Positions 56,207-64,000 of a DNA stretch of 64,000 nt are shown here, piece after piece; the first letter of the stretch is position 1, and every line of letters begins with the position of its first letter. The stretch is from an uncultured Bacilli bacterium (GTDB taxonomy: Bacteria > Bacillota_I > Bacilli_A > RF39 > UBA660). The notes beneath the pieces were generated by a model. It ran no database searches. It was not told the DNA's origin and saw nothing but the letters and a program-made list of their open reading frames with translations. The stretch is taken from positions 68,383-132,382 of the forward strand of contig CAKOMR010000002.1 of NCBI GenBank assembly GCA_934096705.1, given 5' to 3'. A program made the translations under genes and the position numbers.

Positions 56207-56854
56207 ATGAAAATACTTTTAATCGAAGATAATATCGAAATAGCCTCAAGTCTAGAGTATACTTTTAAAGAAAACAATTATGATTTTTATCATGTAAATA
56301 ATTTGGAAAAGGCAAAAAACATTTTAAATAAAATAAATTTTGATCTAATAATTTTAGATGTAACTCTTTCTGATGGAAATGGATTTGAATTTTATAAATC
56401 GTGTTTTTACTTAAAAAATATACCAGTAATTTTTTTGACTGCTAATGATAATGAAGATGATATTGTAAAAGGCTTTGAACTTGGAGCACAAGATTATATT
56501 ACAAAACCATTTTCAACAAAAGAATTGCTTGCTAGAGTAAAAAGGTTAATTAGTAAAAAAAGTAATATTATTAAAATAAAAGATATTTCTTTTGATATAG
56601 ATAAAATGCAGGTTACAAAAGATGAAAATGTAATAAATTTAACATCTTTAGAATTAAAAATTTTATATTTATTTGCTACAAATATAGGTAAAGTGATAAC
56701 TAGAGATTCTCTTTTAAACTACATATATAATTTAACTGGAAATGATGTTAATGATAATACAATTACAGTATATTTAAAAAGAATCAGAGAAAAAATTGGC
56801 GATAGTATAATTGAAACTAAAAAAGGTATAGGATATATAATAAATGAAAACTAA
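56207..56854 (+). CDS. OmpR/PhoB-family response regulator
   Basis: Receiver domain (LIILDVTLSDGNGFE, phospho-acceptor Asp) plus a winged-helix output domain. Confidence 0.88.
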   Translation: MKILLIEDNIEIASSLEYTFKENNYDFYHVNNLEKAKNILNKINFDLIILDVTLSDGNGFEFYKSCFYLKNIPVIFLTANDNEDDIVKGFELGAQDYITKPFSTKELLARVKRLISKKSNIIKIKDISFDIDKMQVTKDENVINLTSLELKILYLFATNIGKVITRDSLLNYIYNLTGNDVNDNTITVYLKRIREKIGDSIIETKKGIGYIINEN

Positions 56855-58037
56855 GAAATTTTATATTTTATTATGTTGTGTTATGATGCTTTATTCTATA
56901 GTATTTAACATAATCTTTATTTGTGAAATAGATTCATATAAGAAAAATGAGAATATTTTTATTAACAATGTATTAAATGCATTATATGAAAAATATCCAA
57001 ATCTTACTAAAAATGATATTCAAAAAATTTTTTCTTTAGAAAAAGCTGATAAAGACTATTTAATAGAATACGGAATTAATTTAGATAATGATTTTACATT
57101 AAAAAATAATACTAAAAAATATCAAATTTATCTAATAATAAATAATGTAGTAGTGGCTATTTCTTTTATAAGCATTTTAATAGTAATAATAAAAGATAAT
57201 AAAATGCAAAATATGAAAATAAAAGAAATAACTTCATTAATAGAAAAAATTAATAAACAAATATATGATTTAACAATCGAAGATAACGACGAATCAACTT
57301 TATCTATATTAAAAAATGAAATTTATAAAACTACTATAATGCTTAAAACAAATGCAGAAAATTCTTTAAAAGATAAAATAATTATAAAAAAGTATATTGA
57401 AGACATTTCACATCAATTAAAAACGCCACTTACTGTAATTAGTATATCTTTAGAAAATTTAATAGATAATCCTAAAATGGATGAAACAAATAGAAATAAT
57501 TTTATTTTAAAAATAAATAAAGAAGTTAATAATATTAATTATTTAATTCAAAACTTATTAAAATTATCTAAATTTGATGTTAATGCGGTTAAGTATAATA
57601 ATAAAAAAGTAAGTATAAAAAAAATTATAGATAATGTATATGACAAAATATCTATTCTGTGTGATCTTAAAAATATAGAAATAGAAATAAACTATATAAA
57701 TGTTTTTTACTTATATTGTGATGAATCATGGCAAACTGAGGCAATAACCAATATTGTAAAAAATGCTATAGAAAATTCAAAAGAATATGATAATGTAATC
57801 ATAAATGTTGATGATAATAAAGTATATTCTTTAGTGGAAATAATTAATAATGGGGAAATTTTAGAAAGTGATATAAACAAAATATTTGAAAGATTTTATA
57901 CTGGAAATATATATAAAGAAAATAGTACTGGAATAGGCCTTTCTTTAGCAAAATCAATTGTAGAAAAAAATAATGGTAAGATATATGTTAATCAAGATTC
58001 TGGTAAAGTTATTTTTCAAATAAAATATTTTAAATAA
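56844..58037 (+). CDS. sensor histidine kinase
   Basis: Two TMs flanking a loop of about 75 aa, H-box SHQLKTPLT, N-box VKNAIENS, G-box TGIGLSLAKSI. Overlaps the response-regulator stop. Confidence 0.85.
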   Translation: MKTKKFYILLCCVMMLYSIVFNIIFICEIDSYKKNENIFINNVLNALYEKYPNLTKNDIQKIFSLEKADKDYLIEYGINLDNDFTLKNNTKKYQIYLIINNVVVAISFISILIVIIKDNKMQNMKIKEITSLIEKINKQIYDLTIEDNDESTLSILKNEIYKTTIMLKTNAENSLKDKIIIKKYIEDISHQLKTPLTVISISLENLIDNPKMDETNRNNFILKINKEVNNINYLIQNLLKLSKFDVNAVKYNNKKVSIKKIIDNVYDKISILCDLKNIEIEINYINVFYLYCDESWQTEAITNIVKNAIENSKEYDNVIINVDDNKVYSLVEIINNGEILESDINKIFERFYTGNIYKENSTGIGLSLAKSIVEKNNGKIYVNQDSGKVIFQIKYFK

Positions 58038-58907
58038 TTATTTTTTCGTAGAATAAATAACCCCAATAATCATGAAAATTAAACTTATTAGTACTGAGAT
58101 TGATAATTGATCTTTAAATAATAAAAATGATAATATGGTGCTAAAAAATGGACTAAATGAAAAAATTATAGCGGTCCTGTTAGCACCAATTTTTTTTGTA
58201 GAATATGCATAAAACAAAAAACTTAAGCCATAACTAAAAAATCCAATTATAAGTAATATATAATTATTTGAAATTAAACTAATTAAATTAGTGCTTTTTA
58301 TAAAAAATAAAAGATTAAATAATGATATTGTTAAACATTTATAAAAAATTAAAATAGGAATATTTTTTTGATTTACACACGGAGTTAAGTTATTTTCAAG
58401 GCCCCATAGGATAGTGGCAATTAAGATTATCAAAATATATATTGATATATTAAAATTCATTATTTCATTAATTGATAAAATTAGTCCACCAATTGTAACA
58501 AATATAGCCGATAAAATTAAATTTTTATTAATTTTATTTTTAAAAAATAAATAAGAAATCATAAGAGTGAAAACTGTTTCTAATAAACTTAGTAGTGATA
58601 CTGTGCTTGCGTTAACAAATTTTAAGGATAATACAATAAATAGACTTGCTAGCATATCACATAAAATAATAATTCCTTCGGTTTTTAAGTCTCTTTTAAT
58701 TTTTGCTTCATTTTTTTTGTGAAATATATTAACTATTAAAAGGCCTATACTACTTCCAAGGTATGTTAAAAATAATAATTCATGTGAAGATACTTTATTT
58801 AAAAAATATTTTGATGTAGGAATATTTAGACTATAAAATATTGCAGCCAAAAAGGCAAATATAAATCCTAGCATTAACTTATAATTATCTTTACTTATTT
58901 TTTTCAT
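58038..58907 (-). CDS. EamA/DMT-superfamily transporter
   Basis: About 10 TM helices in two EamA-like halves; 289 aa. Confidence 0.7.
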   Translation of the reverse strand: MKKISKDNYKLMLGFIFAFLAAIFYSLNIPTSKYFLNKVSSHELLFLTYLGSSIGLLIVNIFHKKNEAKIKRDLKTEGIIILCDMLASLFIVLSLKFVNASTVSLLSLLETVFTLMISYLFFKNKINKNLILSAIFVTIGGLILSINEIMNFNISIYILIILIATILWGLENNLTPCVNQKNIPILIFYKCLTISLFNLLFFIKSTNLISLISNNYILLIIGFFSYGLSFLFYAYSTKKIGANRTAIIFSFSPFFSTILSFLLFKDQLSISVLISLIFMIIGVIYSTKK

Positions 58908-59002
58908 ATCATATATATTTTACTAAATATAATAAAAAAAGTCATTATAAAAAGTTGTGAAAAAAAATTATAAATGATATTATATATAATAGGTGATAGT
59001 AT

Positions 59003-59515
59003 ATGAAGTATCTACTTAATGATAATATTAATTTAGTTCTTGCAAATGTAAATGACATAGATATGTTATTAAATTTTCAAAAAGAAATTATTGAAGATAT
59101 GCCGAGAAAAGAATTTTTTACACCACTTTTAAAAGAAGAATTTTCATATCCCATTGAAAATAATGGTAGGGTATATATGGCTTTTTCTGAAAATGAAATG
59201 ATTGGACTATATGTTTTAACAATAAACCCTTTAAAAGAGATAATTAATGAATATAGACTTGAAAATATTGATGGCGTTGCCATTTTTGATAGTGTAATGA
59301 TAAAAAAAGAATATAGAGGTAGTAATTTACAGGCTCGAGGAATGGAAATTATTTATAATGATGCCAAAAAATTAGGAGTAAAACAAATTATAGCAACAGT
59401 TCATCCAGAAAATATATATAGTATCATGAACTTTCAAAAAGAGGATTATAAACATACTAAAACTATACCTGTTCACGGAGGAGAAAGACTAATATTTCAA
59501 AAGGAAATTAATTAG
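59003..59515 (+). CDS. GNAT-family N-acetyltransferase
   Basis: VMIKKEYRGSNLQARGM (acetyl-CoA binding R/Q-x-x-G-x-G/A-like region); 170 aa. Confidence 0.7.
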   Translation: MKYLLNDNINLVLANVNDIDMLLNFQKEIIEDMPRKEFFTPLLKEEFSYPIENNGRVYMAFSENEMIGLYVLTINPLKEIINEYRLENIDGVAIFDSVMIKKEYRGSNLQARGMEIIYNDAKKLGVKQIIATVHPENIYSIMNFQKEDYKHTKTIPVHGGERLIFQKEIN

Positions 59516-59526
59516 TTAAAAATGTT

Positions 59527-60687
59527 ATGAAATGTTTAAATTGTGAGAAAGAAAATCTTGATGAAAGTTATAACTTTTGTCCATATTGTGGTAATTGGAC
59601 GGCCAAAGGATATAAATTTTTTCAAGATAAGGAAAACGTAAATAAAGTATTAAATGGCTCTTTAATTAAACAGGACAAAAGAGTGAATCTTTTGACTATT
59701 GTTTTTATGTGCGGTTTATTATTATTTATATCAATGTATTTAATACGTAAAGATGATTTATTTAAACCAATTATATTTTTAAAAAAGAAAATAACAAATT
59801 ATTCTTATGGTTATAATACATCACCTATTAAAACTGATAATATATATTTAAATGAAAATGTTAATTCTTATGAAGATGCAATAAATTATATAAAAAATGA
59901 TTTTGAATCACAAAAGTGGTTATGTGATAGTAATGTAGAAGTGTCAAAGGTTGAATATGAATTGGAGGAAAAATTTAATATACCAAGTGTTACTTTATGT
60001 GATGTTAACACGGATATAAGTTTAGATATAAAAAATGTAATTGAAAAAATGTATTATTTATTTCCTAATATAAAAGGCTCACTTACAAATATTACAATTA
60101 CCAATGCTAAGACAAATTCTGAATATATAGCTTATTTTCAACCAACGTATGAGTTTGTCAATACAAATCTAGATATTAATGATTATAGCAAAGTAAATAA
60201 AACCCAAATTTTATTAAATAGCTATTATTTTTTAAATGAAAAATATACAAAAGGTTCAATAGATAATATTGTAGATAAAGATTTTTATGTTAAAGATGCT
60301 ACTTTAATTTCTACTATAGCACATGAACTAGGACACTATATTTCTTTTAAAATTTTTTTGAAAAGTAATAATTTAGATAATATTACTTATATTACAAAAA
60401 CAAATGAAGATAAGATAAACTTTTTATTAAAAGATTTTAATAGTGGAGTATTTTCTAAAAAAATTATTTTAAATGCTTTAAACAATTATAATGTTAAATA
60501 TGGTAATAATTTAAGTGAATTTGAATTTGCAAAAAGAATTTCTAATTATGCGGGTAAATTAAATGATAATAATACTTTAATATATGATGAGGTTATTGCA
60601 GAAGCGGTACATGATTATTATTTACACGAAAATAATTGTAGCAATTATTCTAAAGAAATAATTAATATTATTTTAGAAAGGCTTTAG
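59527..60687 (+). CDS. zinc-ribbon / TM / extracytoplasmic HExxH-motif protein (possible zincin-like metallopeptidase)
   Basis: N-terminal CLNC...CPYCG zinc ribbon, TM LLTIVFMCGLLLFISMYLI, and later TIAHELGHYISF. Confidence 0.5.
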   Translation: MKCLNCEKENLDESYNFCPYCGNWTAKGYKFFQDKENVNKVLNGSLIKQDKRVNLLTIVFMCGLLLFISMYLIRKDDLFKPIIFLKKKITNYSYGYNTSPIKTDNIYLNENVNSYEDAINYIKNDFESQKWLCDSNVEVSKVEYELEEKFNIPSVTLCDVNTDISLDIKNVIEKMYYLFPNIKGSLTNITITNAKTNSEYIAYFQPTYEFVNTNLDINDYSKVNKTQILLNSYYFLNEKYTKGSIDNIVDKDFYVKDATLISTIAHELGHYISFKIFLKSNNLDNITYITKTNEDKINFLLKDFNSGVFSKKIILNALNNYNVKYGNNLSEFEFAKRISNYAGKLNDNNTLIYDEVIAEAVHDYYLHENNCSNYSKEIINIILERL

Positions 60688-60688
60688 T

Positions 60689-60871
60689 ATGAAAAAATGT
60701 ATTAATTGTAAAACCTCTTTGGAGGATGATTTTAATTATTGTACATATTGTGGATGCAAACAAATTAACAATTCACATTACATTATTGAAAATATTATGA
60801 TATTTTTCATGATAATTTTAATAATTCTATTAATAGTTTTATTTGTTATATCTTATATAATGTTTAAATAA
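60689..60871 (+). CDS. small zinc-ribbon membrane protein
   Basis: CINC...CTYCG plus a C-terminal TM; 60 aa. Starts 2 nt after the upstream stop. Confidence 0.5.
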   Translation: MKKCINCKTSLEDDFNYCTYCGCKQINNSHYIIENIMIFFMIILIILLIVLFVISYIMFK

Positions 60872-60880
60872 AGGAGTAAA

Positions 60881-63490
60881 ATGGAAAATAAAGAATTTTA
60901 TAATAAGACGGTGGAAGAAGTTTATAAAGAGTTTTCTACGTCTTTAAATGGATTAACAGAGAAAGAAGCACAGTTAAGGCTTTCAAAAAATGGTCAAAAT
61001 AAACTTGTTGAACGAAAGAAAACCCCAAATGTTTTATTATTCTTAAATCAGTTTAGTGATTTTATGGTTATATTGTTAATTTGCGCTTCTATATTTTCTT
61101 TTATAGTTTCATATATAAGAAAAGAGAGTTATATTGATTCAATTATTATAATTGTTATTGTAATTATAAATGCTATTTTAAGTTTTATCCAAGAGAAAAA
61201 GGCTGATGCTGCAATCGAAGAACTTAATAAAATGTTTGTTACAAATACTTTTGTTATAAGAGATGGTAATAAAGAATCTATTGATGTAAGAAATGTTGTA
61301 GTCGGAGATATTTTAGAGTTAGAAGCAGGGGATTATATTTCTGCAGATGCAAGAGTTATCTCTTCGAGTAATTTTGAAGTTGATGAATCAACTTTAACGG
61401 GAGAATCAAGACCTGTTAAAAAAAATAATATCAATATATATGAAACTAAAGAATTATACGAAAGAGAAAATATGTTATATGCTGGATGTAATGTTAAAAA
61501 TGGACATGCTTTTGCAGTTGTTTGTGCAACAGGTATGAATACTGAACTTGGAAAAATAGCTAATAGTTTAATTAATAAAAAAAGTGATTTAACGCCTTTG
61601 CAAAAAAAAGTTAATCAGGTTAGCAAGATTTTAACATATATTATTTTAGGTATAATTTTAGTAATGATGGCTGTTGGTCTTCTTATGAAAAATGATTTTT
61701 TTGATATTTTAATGTTGTCAATATCTTTAGCTGTTGCCGCAATACCAGAGGGATTATCTTCTATTATAACTATAATTCTATCATTAGGAATGAGCTCTAT
61801 GGCCAAAAGAAATGTTATTATTAGAAAAATGGCTTCAGTAGAAACATTAGGTTCAACAGATATAATTTGTTCTGACAAAACAGGCACAATAACTCAAAAT
61901 AAAATGTTAGTTAAAAGAATATTTGTAAATGATAAAATTTATACTGATGAAGAAAATATTGAAAATATTCAAATGCTTAATTTATGTGCTGCATGTTGTC
62001 AAAATGTTACTAAAAATGAAAATGGTTATATTGGCGATGAAACTGAGATTTCCATATATAAATATTTAGAAAAATATAATATTGATTATACAAAGTTAAA
62101 AAGAGAAAATGAATACCCTTTTGATTCGGATAGAAAAATGATGAGCACATTAAATGTAATTAATGAAAATAAATATTTATTTACAAAAGGAAGTTTAGAT
62201 TCAATAATAAATAATTGTAGCTATTATCTTTTAGATAATAAAATATATCCACTTACAAACGAATATAAGAAAAGAGTAATGCAAATCGAAAAGGAAGAAT
62301 CACAAAAGTCTTATAGATTACTTGCATTTGCTTATAAAAATACAGATTTAGATAATATTGAAAAAAACATGATATTTATAGGACTTATTGGCATGATAGA
62401 TCCACCAAGAGATAGTGTTTTAAAAGCAATTCAAATTTGCTATAATGCTGGATTAAAACCAATTATGATTACTGGAGACTCAATCAATACTGCTCTTGCA
62501 ATAGGCAAAGATGTTGGAATTATTAGCAATGATGAAAGTGCAATTGAAGGAAAATATATTGATAAAATGAGTGATGAAGAACTTGAAAAAGAAATTTCTA
62601 AATATCAAGTTTTTGCAAGAATTTCACCTAATACAAAACTAAGAATAGTTGAAACACTTCAAAAACAAGGCTATGTTGTGGCAATGACTGGTGATGGAGT
62701 AAATGATGCTCCGGCAATACAAAAAGCGGATATAGGTATAGGTATGGGAGTTACTGGAACAGAAGTTGTTAAGAAAGTAGCCGATTGTATTTTAGTAGAT
62801 GATAGTTTTTCTACTATTGTTGATGGCGTTGAAGAAGGAAGAAGAATAACTAGTAATATAAAAAAGGTAATGCTATATTTGCTAGCAGGTAATGTTGTTG
62901 AAGTTATATTAGTATTTGTTTCGATGATTATGAATATGGAAATGTTTAATACTTTGCAACTTCTTTGGCTAAATTTAATAACTGATTCAATCCCTGCAAT
63001 ATGTTTAGCTTTTGAACCTGCTGATAGTGAAATTATGAAAAATAATCCTTCGAATAAGGCGAGTCAAAGCTTTTTTACTCCTTTATTAGCATCAAAAATA
63101 ATTATTGGTGCAATATTTAAATCTTTAGTAATGATTTTATTATTTGTGTATTTTTCAAAAAATCAAAATGTAAATGTAGCAAGTTCACTTTTATTTATTT
63201 TCCTAATTGGTCATGAACTTTTATATGCATTTTCATGTAGAAATATAAAAAAATCAGTTCTAAATAAAAATATCTTTAAAAATAAAAAACTTGATTTGGG
63301 TATTGGAATTTTAATAATTATTCAGGTTATAATTTTAACAACTGGTCTTTCAAAATTTTTTATAGTTAATGGAATAAGTATAGAAAATATAATAATAACA
63401 TTAACAGTTTTACTAGTTATATTCGTTATAGGAGAATTTGTAAAACCATTATATAATAAATTATTTAAAGATTATGTGGAGGTAAAATGA
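60881..63490 (+). CDS. P-type IIA Ca2+-transporting ATPase (YloB/SERCA-like)
   Basis: TGES, CSDKTGTITQNKM (phosphorylation site), MITGD, MTGDGVNDAPAIQKADIGIGMG. 869 aa, about 10 TMs. Confidence 0.88.
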   Translation: MENKEFYNKTVEEVYKEFSTSLNGLTEKEAQLRLSKNGQNKLVERKKTPNVLLFLNQFSDFMVILLICASIFSFIVSYIRKESYIDSIIIIVIVIINAILSFIQEKKADAAIEELNKMFVTNTFVIRDGNKESIDVRNVVVGDILELEAGDYISADARVISSSNFEVDESTLTGESRPVKKNNINIYETKELYERENMLYAGCNVKNGHAFAVVCATGMNTELGKIANSLINKKSDLTPLQKKVNQVSKILTYIILGIILVMMAVGLLMKNDFFDILMLSISLAVAAIPEGLSSIITIILSLGMSSMAKRNVIIRKMASVETLGSTDIICSDKTGTITQNKMLVKRIFVNDKIYTDEENIENIQMLNLCAACCQNVTKNENGYIGDETEISIYKYLEKYNIDYTKLKRENEYPFDSDRKMMSTLNVINENKYLFTKGSLDSIINNCSYYLLDNKIYPLTNEYKKRVMQIEKEESQKSYRLLAFAYKNTDLDNIEKNMIFIGLIGMIDPPRDSVLKAIQICYNAGLKPIMITGDSINTALAIGKDVGIISNDESAIEGKYIDKMSDEELEKEISKYQVFARISPNTKLRIVETLQKQGYVVAMTGDGVNDAPAIQKADIGIGMGVTGTEVVKKVADCILVDDSFSTIVDGVEEGRRITSNIKKVMLYLLAGNVVEVILVFVSMIMNMEMFNTLQLLWLNLITDSIPAICLAFEPADSEIMKNNPSNKASQSFFTPLLASKIIIGAIFKSLVMILLFVYFSKNQNVNVASSLLFIFLIGHELLYAFSCRNIKKSVLNKNIFKNKKLDLGIGILIIIQVIILTTGLSKFFIVNGISIENIIITLTVLLVIFVIGEFVKPLYNKLFKDYVEVK

Positions 63491-63870
63491 AAAAAAATAA
63501 TTTAACAACTTTTATTGCAATTTCTGGTTTAGTAGTATTTACAGTATTTGTTACTGTAGCGGTAATTAATTTAATGCCTAATCATGAAAGCAATTCTTTT
63601 TATGTAAAAGTAAATGATAAAATGGATGCTAAAGTTGAAGGTTTAGAAGTTAAAGAGGGAAAACTTATTATAGAAACATCTGGTGATGCTACACAGGTAT
63701 GTGTTAAATCAACTGTTTCAACCCCAACATTAAATTCACTATGTTGGAATAATATTAAAAATAATAAAACAGAAGTTGCAATATTTGAACATAAAAAATA
63801 TTATGTTTGGCTTAAAGACACTAATAATAATGTAAGTAGTCCTTTAAGTATTAACACAAAAGAAAACTAG
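63487..63870 (+). CDS. hypothetical membrane-anchored protein
   Basis: ATGA overlap with the ATPase stop; N-terminal TM FIAISGLVVFTVFVTVAVI. Confidence 0.5.
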   Translation: MKKNNLTTFIAISGLVVFTVFVTVAVINLMPNHESNSFYVKVNDKMDAKVEGLEVKEGKLIIETSGDATQVCVKSTVSTPTLNSLCWNNIKNNKTEVAIFEHKKYYVWLKDTNNNVSSPLSINTKEN

Positions 63871-63943
63871 TTATGTAAAGTAGACACTTTATTGGCTATA
63901 TTGACATAATATATGATAAAATAAAAATAGAGGTGAGTAAAGT

Positions 63944-64000
63944 TTGAAAAAAAGAGTTTTTAGTGTAATAGGGTTACTGGTTATAGCACTTTCATTAAGT
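63944..64000 (+). CDS. 5' end of a secreted or membrane protein (partial, runs off the window)
   Basis: TTG behind AGAGGTGAG; signal-like LKKRVFSVIGLLVIALSLS, open to the window edge. Confidence 0.4.
   Translation, partial: MKKRVFSVIGLLVIALSLS

Noticed and set aside
52033-58037. Calling the ABC plus two-component genes a canonical BceAB-BceRS bacitracin-type module.
   Set aside because: The permease has a duplicated MacB-like layout rather than the 10-TM BceB layout with a single large loop. The kinase has a sizeable extracytoplasmic loop. The two units are separated by a terminator and two unrelated genes.
1436-61887. About 25 short (60-104 aa) ORFs in the track that lie antisense or out of frame inside longer genes: 1436-1729, 2266-2451, 2805-3056, 3680-3865, 6602-6916, 13321-13512, 14529-14762, 17489-17689, 18855-19043, 19859-20056, 21204-21413, 22960-23145, 27336-27575, 40814-41080, 40987-41169, 44450-44677, 44662-44856, 47341-47556, 47919-48206, 48465-48653, 51398-51589, 53799-54059, 55087-55269, 59077-59283 and 61615-61887.
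   Set aside because: Each is fully embedded in a longer ORF with recognisable family motifs or better coding character. Their compositions (Ile/Phe/Ser/Leu-rich) are typical of shadow frames in AT-rich DNA, and none has a convincing RBS.
1-64000. Alternative genetic code (TGA = Trp, as in Mollicutes), suggested by the extreme AT-richness.
   Set aside because: Conserved genes have normal lengths under code 11 and several end at TGA (for example rpoZ at 20254-20256 and the CDF gene at 17412-17414). No conserved gene needs read-through of an in-frame TGA.
1-64000. CRISPR arrays, rRNA genes, riboswitches or T-boxes, IS elements with terminal inverted repeats, and group II introns.
   Set aside because: I scanned the intergenic regions of about 100 bp or more (e.g. 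11207-11437, 20372-20481, 25521-25638, 28171-28284, 33174-33339, 36934-37211, 41953-42218). Only promoters, terminator hairpins and AT-rich spacers were seen, with no regularly spaced repeats or conserved riboswitch cores. A covariance-model scan (Rfam) would be needed to be definitive.

Overview
Very AT-rich chromosomal segment of a Bacillota (Firmicutes)-type bacterium. It reads cleanly with the standard bacterial code: TGA acts as a stop and all conserved genes are full length. Most of the window is core genome with Bacillus-like local synteny: scpA-scpB, asnB, murE, cca, dnaD-nth, ponA-recU diverging from gpsB-rnpB, rodZ-like-pgsA, rpoZ, rlmB-sigH and secE-nusG. There are six tRNAs (Met partial, Leu, Ala, Thr, His, Asn) and one RNase P RNA. 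I saw no rRNA, CRISPR array or classical IS. The main result is at 39.9-48.7 kb. An ABC-transporter ATPase gene is cut in two, between the LSGGxxQRVA signature and the Walker B motif, by a 7,891-bp insertion. The insertion is bounded by a 7-bp direct repeat (AGCAACT), and its two ends join into a 46-bp dyad-symmetric attP-like site. It carries a large serine recombinase, a 1640-aa repeat-containing protein with no family I can recognise, and a translationally coupled ProA-like protein that lacks the catalytic Cys region. This resembles a minimal serine-recombinase integrative or 'intervening' element with uncharacterised cargo. Secondary observations: an HD(SpoT-like)/P-loop kinase-like fusion inside a cluster of nucleotide-housecleaning genes; an ASCH-NUDIX fusion; a stand-alone Clp-type D1 AAA+ module next to secE; a tRNA-Ala with C at the normally invariant U33; secE-nusG uncoupled from rpmG and rplKAJL; a cysteine desulfurase/thioredoxin/DsbD-like cluster; tandem PF06541-like membrane paralogs; two membrane-tethered XRE regulators next to cell-wall hydrolases; and a MacB/FtsX ABC plus LemA plus two-component block. 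All family assignments come from motif recognition by eye, with no database search. The many short antisense ORFs in the track are treated as AT-rich shadow ORFs.
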